Below are positions 33,979 to 41,955 of a DNA stretch of 41,955 bases, piece by piece; within the stretch, counting starts at the first letter, position 1, and each line of letters begins with the position of its first letter. The stretch is from positions 1-41,955 of the IMG/VR virus record IMGVR_UViG_3300016482_000022; one strand, written 5' to 3'. The position numbers and the translations under genes are program-made. Source of the DNA: a virus. Lineage: Duplodnaviria > Caudoviricetes. The notes under the pieces were generated by a model. That model was not told the DNA's origin. It was given only the letters and a program-made list of their open reading frames with translations, and made no database searches.

Positions 33979-34194
33979 ATGAGGACCAAGCAGGCTATTG
34001 ATCACTTCGGCGGGGTGGCGCGACTGGCGCACGCCCTGCGGATCTGGCCCCAGAGCGTATACACATGGGGCGAGTACCCGCCTATCGGGAAGCAGTACGA
34101 AATACACGTCAAGTCAGGCGGGCGGCTCCCGGTTGATGACAACCGAGCGCAAGACGGCAATGATAACGATGGGGTAGCACATGTGGAGCAATGA
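33979..34194 (+). CDS. Cro-like HTH regulator
   Basis: AGGAG RBS; AIDHFGGVARLAHALRIWPQSVYTWGEYPP. Confidence 0.85.
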   Translation: MRTKQAIDHFGGVARLAHALRIWPQSVYTWGEYPPIGKQYEIHVKSGGRLPVDDNRAQDGNDNDGVAHVEQ

Positions 34195-36535
34195 CGAAGA
34201 CTTCGATGACGAGACGCTGACGCCCGAGCAAGAAGCCGCGCTGCCCTATGCGCGCTACATGGCAGCAGGGTTTCGCGTCATGCCGCTACACCGAATTCTA
34301 GAGCTGCCAGGTCATGCGCTGGGGTGCGGTTGTGGTCATGCTGAGTGCAAAGCCGTTGGCAAGCACCCTGTGGCCAGCGCCTGGCAGCACACGCCGGCGT
34401 GGGACGCGGAGCAGATCGATGCCATGCGGATGATGGGCCAGCTTTACCCGGCGCTTGGGGTGCTAGTGACAGGATGGCTGGTGGTGGATGTTGACGAGCG
34501 CAACGGGGGACATGAGTCCATTGAGAGATTTGAGCGTGCACTAGGTCTCGCGGTGCGAGAAGCATCCCGCTTCGTGGTGCGCACGGGCTCCGGTGGTCAG
34601 TCGGCGCACTACTATTTCAAGCTGCCGCAGGACGGCGCAAGCTACCGTCAGAATTTGCAGGAGTACCCCGGTCTAGACTTCAAGACGAGCGGTTTTGTCG
34701 TTGGTTACGGTTCACCACACGCCAGTGGGCGTGATTACGAGCTGCTGCGCGGCGACCCGTCCGACACAGCAGATGCACCAGAGGCGCTGCTGCAAAAGCT
34801 GGCGCAAGCCAACTGTTATGCGGGCGTGATCAATGGCGTGGTGCGCGAGGTCAAGGTAAGCGAGCTTTCAGCCATAGCTGATGCGGTGCAGGTCGAGAAG
34901 CTCACCTATGAGCAGTGGATTGAGTGCGGCATGGCGCTGCATCACACCACGGGCGGCAGTGACGAGGGATTGCGCCTATGGGACGCCATGAGCGCCAAAG
35001 ATGCAGCACGCTACGACGCCGGGGCGCTTGACCATCGGTGGCATGGCTTCGGAAAGTCCAAGACTGTGGTAACCATTGGCACTTTGCTGATGCACGCAAA
35101 AGCCGGCGGGTATGTTGAGTCGCTGACATTTGAGCCTGATCCGGCGTTTGCCGAGGATGATCAGTCGGCACAGGGAGTAAGCATCCTAGAGCGCGCGCGA
35201 GGAATCAAGCCTTGGAATTTGCCGGGCTTCGCCGGCCGGCTTTACAACTGGATAGAGGGCCAGTGCCTCTATCCGAAGCCCACAATCTCAGCGGGCGCCG
35301 CGCTGTATGTGCTGTCATGCCTGGGTGGGGTTCGGCATCGGGACGCCAGGGATGGCATGGGCCTAAACCTGATGATTTTTTCGGTGGCTGGGTCTGGCAC
35401 CGGCAAAGAAAGCGTTTTCCAGGCTGTGACGAAGCTCTTCTCGCGCGTCAAGGTCTCGCAGGCCATGCACGGCAAGATAAAGTCCGAGCAGGAAATTTAC
35501 CGCAACCTGCTGCGCCACCAAGCGGCTTACTACCTGATTGACGAAATCGGGATCATGCTGCAAAAGATCGCGCAGGCCAGCAAGAGCGGCGGGGCCATCT
35601 ACCTGACGGGCGTCATCGGCGCTCTGATGGAAATCTACTCCAAATCCACAGGTATCCTGACGATTACTGGCGACCTGAAAGAGGAAATCAAGACGAAGCT
35701 CAAGGACGAGGTAGCAAAGCTCTACAAGCGCCTCGATACCGGGGATGGCAAGGCTGCTGAGATCGAGGCAGAAATCGCGCGCTCGCTGAAGTCCATCCAA
35801 GACGCCGACCAAGGCATCCTGGAACCGTTCCTTAGCCTCATGGGCACCACGACGCCGGATACCTTCGATGCGACGATCACGCCGGACAACGTTAAAAACG
35901 GTTTCGTAGCGCGCGCCTTGGTGTTGCGAGAAGACAACACGAACCCGCGCAAAAAAGAAGGCTTCTCGAAGGCCGAGCTAGACGACTCAATCGTGATGCG
36001 CTTGCAGTCCCTGCACTACGGAGGCCAAAGCGAGCCGCCTGGTGGGCGCGTGGAGCGCTGCGGGGACTTCGTTGATGTCACGACAAGTGCCGAGGCGTCG
36101 GAGCTGCTGGAGGCCGCTTACGAGCATTTTTGGAAGCTGGGCGAGCTGCACAGGAGCCACACCGGCATGGAGGCCATCACGCGACGAAGCTGGGAGATGT
36201 GCAGCAAGATCAGCCTAATCCTCGGGATGGCTGACGGCGGGCACCGAACCGCAGAACATGTTCTGTACGGGTTTGCCCTGGCCGCCGATGACACGTCACT
36301 CAAGATCCGCTACGCGCGCGCCAACGACGAGACGGATACGGGCAAGGATACCCAGCGGGTACTGGCCATGCTGTCTGAGACAGAGTGGCTGGCGCGGTTC
36401 AAGGTCAACCGGGCGCTGAAGACCAACAGCGCTGGCTGTCAGGATCTGATTGACCAGTTGGTCATGGAGGGCAAGATCGCAGTCGAGCAACGCAAGGCGG
36501 GGCGCAAGACCGCTGAGTTCTTGAAGCTGGCGTAA
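34181..36535 (+). CDS. Primase-polymerase with PriCT-2 and C-terminal P-loop domain
   Basis: CGCG...GKHP, VVDVD, RTGSGG..HYYF (Prim-Pol); YEQWIECGMALH (PriCT-2); AGSGTGKE and IDE. Confidence 0.88.
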   Translation: MWSNDEDFDDETLTPEQEAALPYARYMAAGFRVMPLHRILELPGHALGCGCGHAECKAVGKHPVASAWQHTPAWDAEQIDAMRMMGQLYPALGVLVTGWLVVDVDERNGGHESIERFERALGLAVREASRFVVRTGSGGQSAHYYFKLPQDGASYRQNLQEYPGLDFKTSGFVVGYGSPHASGRDYELLRGDPSDTADAPEALLQKLAQANCYAGVINGVVREVKVSELSAIADAVQVEKLTYEQWIECGMALHHTTGGSDEGLRLWDAMSAKDAARYDAGALDHRWHGFGKSKTVVTIGTLLMHAKAGGYVESLTFEPDPAFAEDDQSAQGVSILERARGIKPWNLPGFAGRLYNWIEGQCLYPKPTISAGAALYVLSCLGGVRHRDARDGMGLNLMIFSVAGSGTGKESVFQAVTKLFSRVKVSQAMHGKIKSEQEIYRNLLRHQAAYYLIDEIGIMLQKIAQASKSGGAIYLTGVIGALMEIYSKSTGILTITGDLKEEIKTKLKDEVAKLYKRLDTGDGKAAEIEAEIARSLKSIQDADQGILEPFLSLMGTTTPDTFDATITPDNVKNGFVARALVLREDNTNPRKKEGFSKAELDDSIVMRLQSLHYGGQSEPPGGRVERCGDFVDVTTSAEASELLEAAYEHFWKLGELHRSHTGMEAITRRSWEMCSKISLILGMADGGHRTAEHVLYGFALAADDTSLKIRYARANDETDTGKDTQRVLAMLSETEWLARFKVNRALKTNSAGCQDLIDQLVMEGKIAVEQRKAGRKTAEFLKLA

Positions 36536-36555
36536 CCCCGCTCATCGTCTACCAA

Positions 36556-36577
36556 GCCGCCTTCGGGCGGTTTTTTT
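36556..36577 (+). terminator. Intrinsic terminator
   Basis: GCCGCC-TTCG-GGCGGT followed by a T-run. Confidence 0.8.
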
Positions 36578-36590
36578 GCGCCTGCCTCGG

Positions 36591-36910
36591 TCGAATATTG
36601 CACCATTGCACCAATATTGCACCAAGGGGGGTGCAATATTCGAGGTGGTTTGTAACAAAATGTAACACAGGGAGAGACAACGTAAGTTATTGATTTCTAT
36701 ATATATTTTCTATATATATTCTATATATAGGGGTGTAACAGGGTCTGTTTTCTTGAATATTGCACTGTTGCACCGTGTTTTTGCCCCCTTCTTGGAAATA
36801 TCAACTTGTCTGAATTTGTATAACTACCCCCGTGCAATGGTGCAATATTCGAAAATGCAAGCTAAGTACATGATTTCAAAAGGTTTTTTTGTTTTGAATC
36901 TTGCACCGCT
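36591..36910. repeat. Putative replication origin with TTGCAC iterons and AT-rich core
   Basis: Perfect 21-bp inverted repeat at 36591-36611 / 36832-36852, several AATATTGCAC copies, three TCTATATATA repeats, IHF-like site at 36683-36695; directly after the primase gene. Confidence 0.7.
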
Positions 36911-37059
36911 TGCCAAAATGGGGAGTAATATTCAAATTTCCTGCCGCGAACGGGCCTGTCTTGCGCCCGTGGAGGCATAATGACAAGGCCAGCAGGGCAG
37001 CAGCAGTGCCGCAGCGCCATGCCGGCATGACTCAACATCAACCACACTACCGACTCAAA

Positions 37060-37470
37060 ATGATGACCACCAACCAACCCAACCCGACCAAGGCCCAAGA
37101 CCTGCTGCACCGTGCTGCCGACCTCATGGACGAGCGCGGCAAACAGTACGACCAACCCAGCGGCGAGCGCAGCATGTTGGCCGCTGTGACGGCGTTCAAT
37201 GCGATTGCTGGCTACCACCTGACCGAAGCAGACGGGTTCCTGCTCATGGCGATTTTGAAGATGGTGCGCGACCAGCAGCGCGAGACGCCACACCGAGACT
37301 CCATCGAGGATCTGGTGGCCTATGCGTCGCTGTACGGTGAGGCGCGCTTGCATGGCGAGGCGCAGAAGCAGCAAGAGCCAGAAGGCCCGCAGTACACACG
37401 CGAGCAGATGGTGCAGAAGATCGCACAGGCCCACCAATCCGCACAGGAGGCCCGCTATGCCGGTCGTTGA
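37060..37470 (+). CDS. DUF6378-like all-alpha nucleotide-related protein
   Basis: ERGKQYD..GERSM, LMAILKMVR and HRDSIEDLVAYASL motifs. Confidence 0.7.
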   Translation: MMTTNQPNPTKAQDLLHRAADLMDERGKQYDQPSGERSMLAAVTAFNAIAGYHLTEADGFLLMAILKMVRDQQRETPHRDSIEDLVAYASLYGEARLHGEAQKQQEPEGPQYTREQMVQKIAQAHQSAQEARYAGR

Positions 37471-37702
37471 GGTCGTTGTAAGGCCTGGTAGCTCAGTAGG
37501 CCCTGAACACCGCTACAGCTGTTTAAACCGGCCAGCGTTCAGGCAGACGGTTGAGTCGAGCCATGGCGACACATGGCCCTACCGCATGAGCAACGAGTGT
37601 CGGTATGATCGAAGCCTGTCTGATCGGTTTTTCCAAGGCTGCAAGCATGCGGCAAGTGGCGAGGCGTGGATTGAAAGCAATTTGAAAGCGGGTGCAAAAT
37701 GA
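37457..37702 (+). CDS. Hypothetical protein
   Basis: AGGAGG RBS; start MPVVEVVV. Confidence 0.65.
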   Translation: MPVVEVVVRPGSSVGPEHRYSCLNRPAFRQTVESSHGDTWPYRMSNECRYDRSLSDRFFQGCKHAASGEAWIESNLKAGAK

Positions 37703-37836
37703 AACAATCGCAAATTACGTATCTGACAGCCTTGGTCGTGCTTGCACCCCAGATTCATCAAGGGGTTGCCATGATCATGGGTGGCATCATGACGCTGCTT
37801 GCCGTGGCGTTTGATGTGATGGAGCGCAAAAAATGA
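37699..37836 (+). CDS. 45-aa membrane peptide (not in ORF track)
   Basis: MKQSQITYLTALVVLAPQIHQGVAMIMGGIMTLLAVAFDVMERKK; ATGA overlaps at both ends. Confidence 0.6.
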   Translation: MKQSQITYLTALVVLAPQIHQGVAMIMGGIMTLLAVAFDVMERKK

Positions 37837-38177
37837 GAGTCATCCTCCCGTGGCCGACTCCTGATTTGTCGCCAAACGCCCGCGGTCACTGGGCCATCAA
37901 AGCCAGAGCCAAGAAGGCCTACCGGGCGGCTTGTGCGGCTCAGGCGCGGTCGCAAGGCCTGGGGCGCATCTACGCCGAGCGGCTGCACCTGAAGATCACC
38001 TTCGTCCCGTCAAACCGCCGAGCGCGCGACCTGGATAACCTGCTGGCTAGTCTGAAATCGGGGCTAGACGGGCTCTGTGACGTGCTGGGCGTCGATGACT
38101 CGAAGTGGTCGATTGAGATCAGCAAGGCCGACGACAGGATCGGCGGATTTGTCGAGATCGAGGTCAATGCGGCTTGA
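37833..38177 (+). CDS. rusA: RusA-like Holliday junction resolvase
   Basis: LPWP..LSPN N-terminus; RDLDNL..LK..LDGL...GVDD catalytic pattern. Confidence 0.82.
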   Translation: MRVILPWPTPDLSPNARGHWAIKARAKKAYRAACAAQARSQGLGRIYAERLHLKITFVPSNRRARDLDNLLASLKSGLDGLCDVLGVDDSKWSIEISKADDRIGGFVEIEVNAA

Positions 38178-38329
38178 CACTGCGCCAGTCATGCGCTAAG
38201 ATGCAATCTCATTCGGTTTTGGTGTGGTGCGGACAAGGCATCTATACACCAAAGCCGGAAGGCCTACACCTCGTTTCTCACTGCTTGTCCCAGTGAGTTG
38301 CGGGGTGTTTTTCTTTCTGGAGTGTAAAA
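38174..38329 (+). promoter_or_regulatory. Sigma70 promoter plus two-hairpin kissing-loop leader (family 2, copy b)
   Basis: TTGACA-17-TAAGAT; loops GGACAAG (38231-38237) and CTTGTCC (38284-38290) are complementary; U-tract then GGAG. Confidence 0.72.
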
Positions 38330-38707
38330 ATGAATGATCGTGAATTGTTGGAGTTGGCTGCGAAGGCGGCTGGCATTGAAGGTAAATATGGATACGCCCC
38401 AGATGATTACTACTACAACGGTAACGTGGAAGGCATTTGCACTGAACTTCCGGATGGTAGGTCCCATGTGTGGAACCCGCTCTCCGATGATGGAGACGCG
38501 CTGCGGCTGGCAATAAAACTAAAAATCACAATTCAATTTCCTTGGGATCACAAATGCAAACTTATGCAGGAAACAAGATGTTGGAATGATTCTGATGATC
38601 CTGCAATTGAAGAGCACAAAGACGACCCATACGCCGCCACCCGCCGCGCCATCGTCCGCGCAGCCGCCGAGATTGGCCGTCAGATGCAGGAAGGCGGTGC
38701 AGCATGA
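38330..38707 (+). CDS. Hypothetical phage protein (ABA-sandwich-like)
   Basis: WNPLSDDGDALRLA and ATRRAIVRAAAEIG motifs. Confidence 0.75.
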   Translation: MNDRELLELAAKAAGIEGKYGYAPDDYYYNGNVEGICTELPDGRSHVWNPLSDDGDALRLAIKLKITIQFPWDHKCKLMQETRCWNDSDDPAIEEHKDDPYAATRRAIVRAAAEIGRQMQEGGAA

Positions 38708-38847
38708 GTGCATCGGTTCGCATAAAGCTAGTAGGAGGCCAGTGGTACGCATTTGGTCTAGGCCAGAAGAAACAACGCAACCTAATGCTTGTGTTAGCAA
38801 TAAGCTTTTGCCACAGATTGAACACAAAGAAAGGCGGTGCAAAATGA
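38704..38847 (+). CDS. 47-aa basic peptide (not in ORF track)
   Basis: MSASVRIKLVGGQWYAFG...; ATGA overlaps at both ends. Confidence 0.5.
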   Translation: MSASVRIKLVGGQWYAFGLGQKKQRNLMLVLAISFCHRLNTKKGGAK

Positions 38848-39146
38848 GCGCGAAGCATACTCCAGGTCCGTGGACGGCACAAAACGATGGACGCGATATC
38901 ATTAACATCCAGCACAGCAACAATGATCCTGGAGCTATCAGCATGACGTTGGCAAAAGTCACTGCAAGAATGACTTGGCGTAGTCAAGCTGAAGCCAACG
39001 CCCGCCTGATAGCCGCTGCGCCCGATCTGCTGGAGGCATTGCGCAATATTTCAGACTTGTACGATAGCGACGAAGGGTGCCGATCGCTTCCAGAATACAT
39101 TGCGGCACGCACAGCCATCGCCAAAGCAACAGGAGAAGAAAAATGA
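38844..39146 (+). CDS. Hypothetical protein, HTPGPW family (copy 1)
   Basis: KHTPGPW...ANARLIAAAPDLLEAL...AIAKA. Confidence 0.75.
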   Translation: MSAKHTPGPWTAQNDGRDIINIQHSNNDPGAISMTLAKVTARMTWRSQAEANARLIAAAPDLLEALRNISDLYDSDEGCRSLPEYIAARTAIAKATGEEK

Positions 39147-39445
39147 GTTCCAAGCATACACCTGGACCGTGGTGGATTGAAAAAGACGGATCTGACGAGA
39201 ACAACAATGAGGTAAATGTCATCAACGGATCTGACGGCACGATGATTGTGTATGGGCAGGCTAACGATGCTGATGCGCGCCTGATTGCTGCCGCGCCTGA
39301 GCTGCTGGATGCTCTGCAATATCTTGCTGCTGATTTTAGGTCTGTTGTGAACTCTGAATTTGCAACACACAGGAACCATGACCCAGCAAAATATGATCCA
39401 GCATATTCGAAGGCAATGGCCGCCATCGCCAAAGCAATCGGTTAA
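39143..39445 (+). CDS. Hypothetical protein, HTPGPW family (copy 2)
   Basis: KHTPGPW...ADARLIAAAPELLDAL...AIAKA. Confidence 0.75.
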   Translation: MSSKHTPGPWWIEKDGSDENNNEVNVINGSDGTMIVYGQANDADARLIAAAPELLDALQYLAADFRSVVNSEFATHRNHDPAKYDPAYSKAMAAIAKAIG

Positions 39446-39461
39446 ACTGTAGGGAAAAATC

Positions 39462-39692
39462 ATGGCAATAAAATTCACATCAAAAGGATCAGTATTTAGC
39501 AATGTTGGTACTTTTCTTTCGGCCTCAACTGGAAGCAAGTTGCGCGTTTTTATGGAGTGCAAAGTTTGCTATGCTCACTCTGAGCTACCACAAAACGTAG
39601 CAATCAAGTGCCCATGCTGCGGATCGGATCATGCAGAAAGGATTGATATATCTGTGGATATGCCAGATTGGTTCAATGCAAAAATAAGATAA
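39462..39692 (+). CDS. Small zinc-ribbon protein
   Basis: CKVC...CPCC; locally AT-rich. Confidence 0.65.
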   Translation: MAIKFTSKGSVFSNVGTFLSASTGSKLRVFMECKVCYAHSELPQNVAIKCPCCGSDHAERIDISVDMPDWFNAKIR

Positions 39693-39701
39693 CATACGCG
39701 C

Positions 39702-40163
39702 ATGAATCACCCGCTCGACCGCACCCGAAGCAAGGCCAAAAGCCGAAGCCGGTGCGGTCGCGCGCAGGTGCAGCAGCTTGACCTGTTCCCCGTCCTGCTG
39801 GATCAGTGCGACGATGAGTTGAGCGACGACCTGCTAATTCAGCGCATCAAGTGGTCAAGCGCCACCCAGTCACGAATCCCAAAAGATGCCCGCCGCGTGG
39901 CCTCTTCGGTTTTTGACCTGGCGTCCGCTCCCGTGCGGATCAGCTTGCAGCAGCCCGACAAGCGTCGCCGTGATGATCCGGTCATCAGGAGCAAGGTGAT
40001 TCACCGTGAAGGTGGATTGACCCGTATCATGATTGATGAGCGCGACACGCCGGAATGGCAGGAGCGCGAGTACCAGCGCAGGGCTAGGCAGATATTGCCT
40101 CCGCCGCCTATGTCGGCGAGGACAAAGAGTGAGAAGTTGAAGAAGATGATTGGAGGTAAGTGA
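39702..40163 (+). CDS. Hypothetical basic protein
   Basis: 153-aa ORF coupled to the small terminase gene. Confidence 0.6.
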   Translation: MNHPLDRTRSKAKSRSRCGRAQVQQLDLFPVLLDQCDDELSDDLLIQRIKWSSATQSRIPKDARRVASSVFDLASAPVRISLQQPDKRRRDDPVIRSKVIHREGGLTRIMIDERDTPEWQEREYQRRARQILPPPPMSARTKSEKLKKMIGGK

Positions 40164-40708
40164 TGGCGCGTCCGTCCAAGCTAAGCCCGGAGCAATGGCT
40201 GGAGGTAGAGCGTCGATTGGCAGCTGGGGAAGGCGTCAGGGACTTGGCGAAAGAGTACGGAATCAGCCCAGCCTCTGTTAGTAAACGCAGTGTTTCGAAA
40301 CAAACTAAACAAGTGCAGGTTGTTGCGAAACAGCTTGCAGAAGCCCAGACCGCACTTGCCGAGCTGCCAGTCCATCAGCAGTACGTTGCCGTCAGCCTGG
40401 CCGAGAAGCTGCGCAACATCAGCGACAACCTAGCAGCAGCCGCATCCTATGGCGCACAGACAGCGCACCGCCTGAGCGCATTAGCCAACAGCGAGGTTGC
40501 AAAGGTTGACGATGCAGAGCCGCTGGCGTCAGTTGAGAATCTCAAGGGCGTGGCAGCTCTAACCAAATTGGCCAACGAGTCCGCGACCATTGCGCTGAAC
40601 CTGCTGAATGCCAACAAGGAAACGGTACAGCGCATCAACACCGATGGAGATGGAGAAGGCATCCCAACATCAATCGAGCTGGTGGCACCAAATGCGAGCG
40701 CAAATTGA
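40160..40708 (+). CDS. terS: Terminase small subunit
   Basis: MARPSKL plus HTH (VRDLAKEYGISPASVS); overlaps TerL start. Confidence 0.8.
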   Translation: MMARPSKLSPEQWLEVERRLAAGEGVRDLAKEYGISPASVSKRSVSKQTKQVQVVAKQLAEAQTALAELPVHQQYVAVSLAEKLRNISDNLAAAASYGAQTAHRLSALANSEVAKVDDAEPLASVENLKGVAALTKLANESATIALNLLNANKETVQRINTDGDGEGIPTSIELVAPNASAN

Positions 40709-41927
40709 ACTACCGCCCAAGCTAATCCCCGTCTTCACCGGCCCAGCCCGCTACCGTGGCGCGCATGGTGGCCGGGGATCTGGCAAGACCCGGACGTTTG
40801 CGCTGATGACAGCCGTCAAGGCCATGATGTTCGCCGAGGCTGGAATCAGTGGTGTGATCCTGTGTGGCCGGGAGTTCATGAACTCGCTCGAAGACTCAAG
40901 CATGGAGGAAGTCAAGCAGGCCATCCGCTCAGTGCCGTGGCTGGATGCTTACTTTGAGATGGGCGAAAAGTTCATACGCACCAAGAACAGGCGCGTGTCC
41001 TATGTCTTTGTCGGCCTGCGGCATAACGTCGATTCCCTTAAGTCCAAGGCTCGCGTGCTGCTGGCATGGATCGACGAAGCCGAGAGCGTGAGCGAAACCG
41101 CATGGATGAAGCTCCTGCCTACTGTGCGTGAGACTGACTCAGAGGTTTGGTGTACCTGGAACCCCGAGAAGGACGGCAGCCCAACAGACAAGAGATTCCG
41201 CAAGGAGGCGCCAGCCAATGCAAAGATTGTCGAGATGAACTATTCCGACAACCCTTGGTTTCCTGACGTGCTTGAGCAGGAGCGTAAAAGCGACCGCGCG
41301 CGCCTTGACGACCAGACTTATGCATGGATCTGGGAAGGCGCCTACCGCGAGAACAGCGATGCGCAGATCCTGGCCGGAAAATACCGCGTGGATGAGTTCG
41401 AGCCACAGCCAGACTGGGACGGCCCGTACTTCGGCATCGACTGGGGATTCAGCCAAGACCCGACAGCCGGTGTGAAACTATGGATTCATGACCAAAGGCT
41501 GTACGTCGAGCATGAGGCAAGCAAAGTCGGCCTTGAGAATGACGACATCGCCGAGTTCATGATCCAGCGCCTGCCAGGCATCGAAAAGCACGTTGTCAGG
41601 GCCGACAGCGCACGACCCGAGACGATCAGCCATGTGAAAAGCACCGGCCAAGGCAAGCGCCAGGCGTTGCCCAAGATCATGGCGGTGCAGAAGTGGCCAG
41701 GCAGCGTAGAGGACGGCATAGCGCACCTTCGCAGCTACCGCGAGATCATTATTCACCCGCGCTGCAAAGAGACGCTGAAGGAGGCCAGGCTCTACAGCTA
41801 CAAGACCGACAGGCTCAGTGGCGACGTGCTGACGACCATCGTAGACGCCAACAACCACATCATGGACGCGATCCGCTATGCGCTTGGGCCAATGATTCGG
41901 CGTCAGGGTGTTGGCATCTTTACCTAA
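40692..41927 (+). CDS. terL: Terminase large subunit, PBSX family
   Basis: GGRGSGKT, WIDEAE, TWNP, GIDWGFSQDP, ADSARPE and NHIMDAIRYA motifs. Confidence 0.96.
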   Translation: MRAQIELPPKLIPVFTGPARYRGAHGGRGSGKTRTFALMTAVKAMMFAEAGISGVILCGREFMNSLEDSSMEEVKQAIRSVPWLDAYFEMGEKFIRTKNRRVSYVFVGLRHNVDSLKSKARVLLAWIDEAESVSETAWMKLLPTVRETDSEVWCTWNPEKDGSPTDKRFRKEAPANAKIVEMNYSDNPWFPDVLEQERKSDRARLDDQTYAWIWEGAYRENSDAQILAGKYRVDEFEPQPDWDGPYFGIDWGFSQDPTAGVKLWIHDQRLYVEHEASKVGLENDDIAEFMIQRLPGIEKHVVRADSARPETISHVKSTGQGKRQALPKIMAVQKWPGSVEDGIAHLRSYREIIIHPRCKETLKEARLYSYKTDRLSGDVLTTIVDANNHIMDAIRYALGPMIRRQGVGIFT

Positions 41928-41933
41928 CCCATA

Positions 41934-41944
41934 CTCCCTACCAT
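41934..41944 (+). promoter_or_regulatory. Putative late promoter motif CTCCCTANCAT
   Basis: CTCCCTACCAT, 7 nt before the portal ATG at 41952. Confidence 0.7.
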
Positions 41945-41955
41945 CCAACACATGA

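Noticed and set aside
36690-36980. 96-aa ORF across the AT-rich repeat region
   Set aside because: Low-complexity translation of origin-like repeats, TTG start, no RBS.

Overview
The window looks like a complete, circularly permuted genome (about 42 kb) of a tailed dsDNA phage with a long non-contractile tail. The portal reading frame runs across the end/start junction (ATG at 41952 continues in frame into position 1). The modules are: packaging and head, neck and tail (lambda-like tape measure and tip proteins, beta-helical tailspike), a lysis cassette with no recognisable spanin, a leftward operon of small early genes, ThyA, a recombination/replication block (VRR-NUC, SF2 helicase, YqaJ exonuclease, SSB, AAA ATPase, primase-polymerase plus a putative origin), RusA and a PBSX-type terminase. 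I found no integrase or CI-like repressor, so it is probably lytic. The least explained features are non-coding. (1) A ~900-nt promoter-to-terminator unit (3250-4149) holds interlocking stem-closed RNA domains, three ending in tRNA-like ACCA, but no canonical tRNA. (2) Two families of structured 5' leaders, each present twice with compensatory base changes, precede accessory genes. (3) A CTCCCTANCAT motif lies 6-7 nt before four structural-gene start codons, suggesting a leaderless late promoter. The first gene of the early operon resembles the anti-CRISPR AcrIE4 (comparison from memory). All family assignments come from motif recognition by eye; no searches were run.
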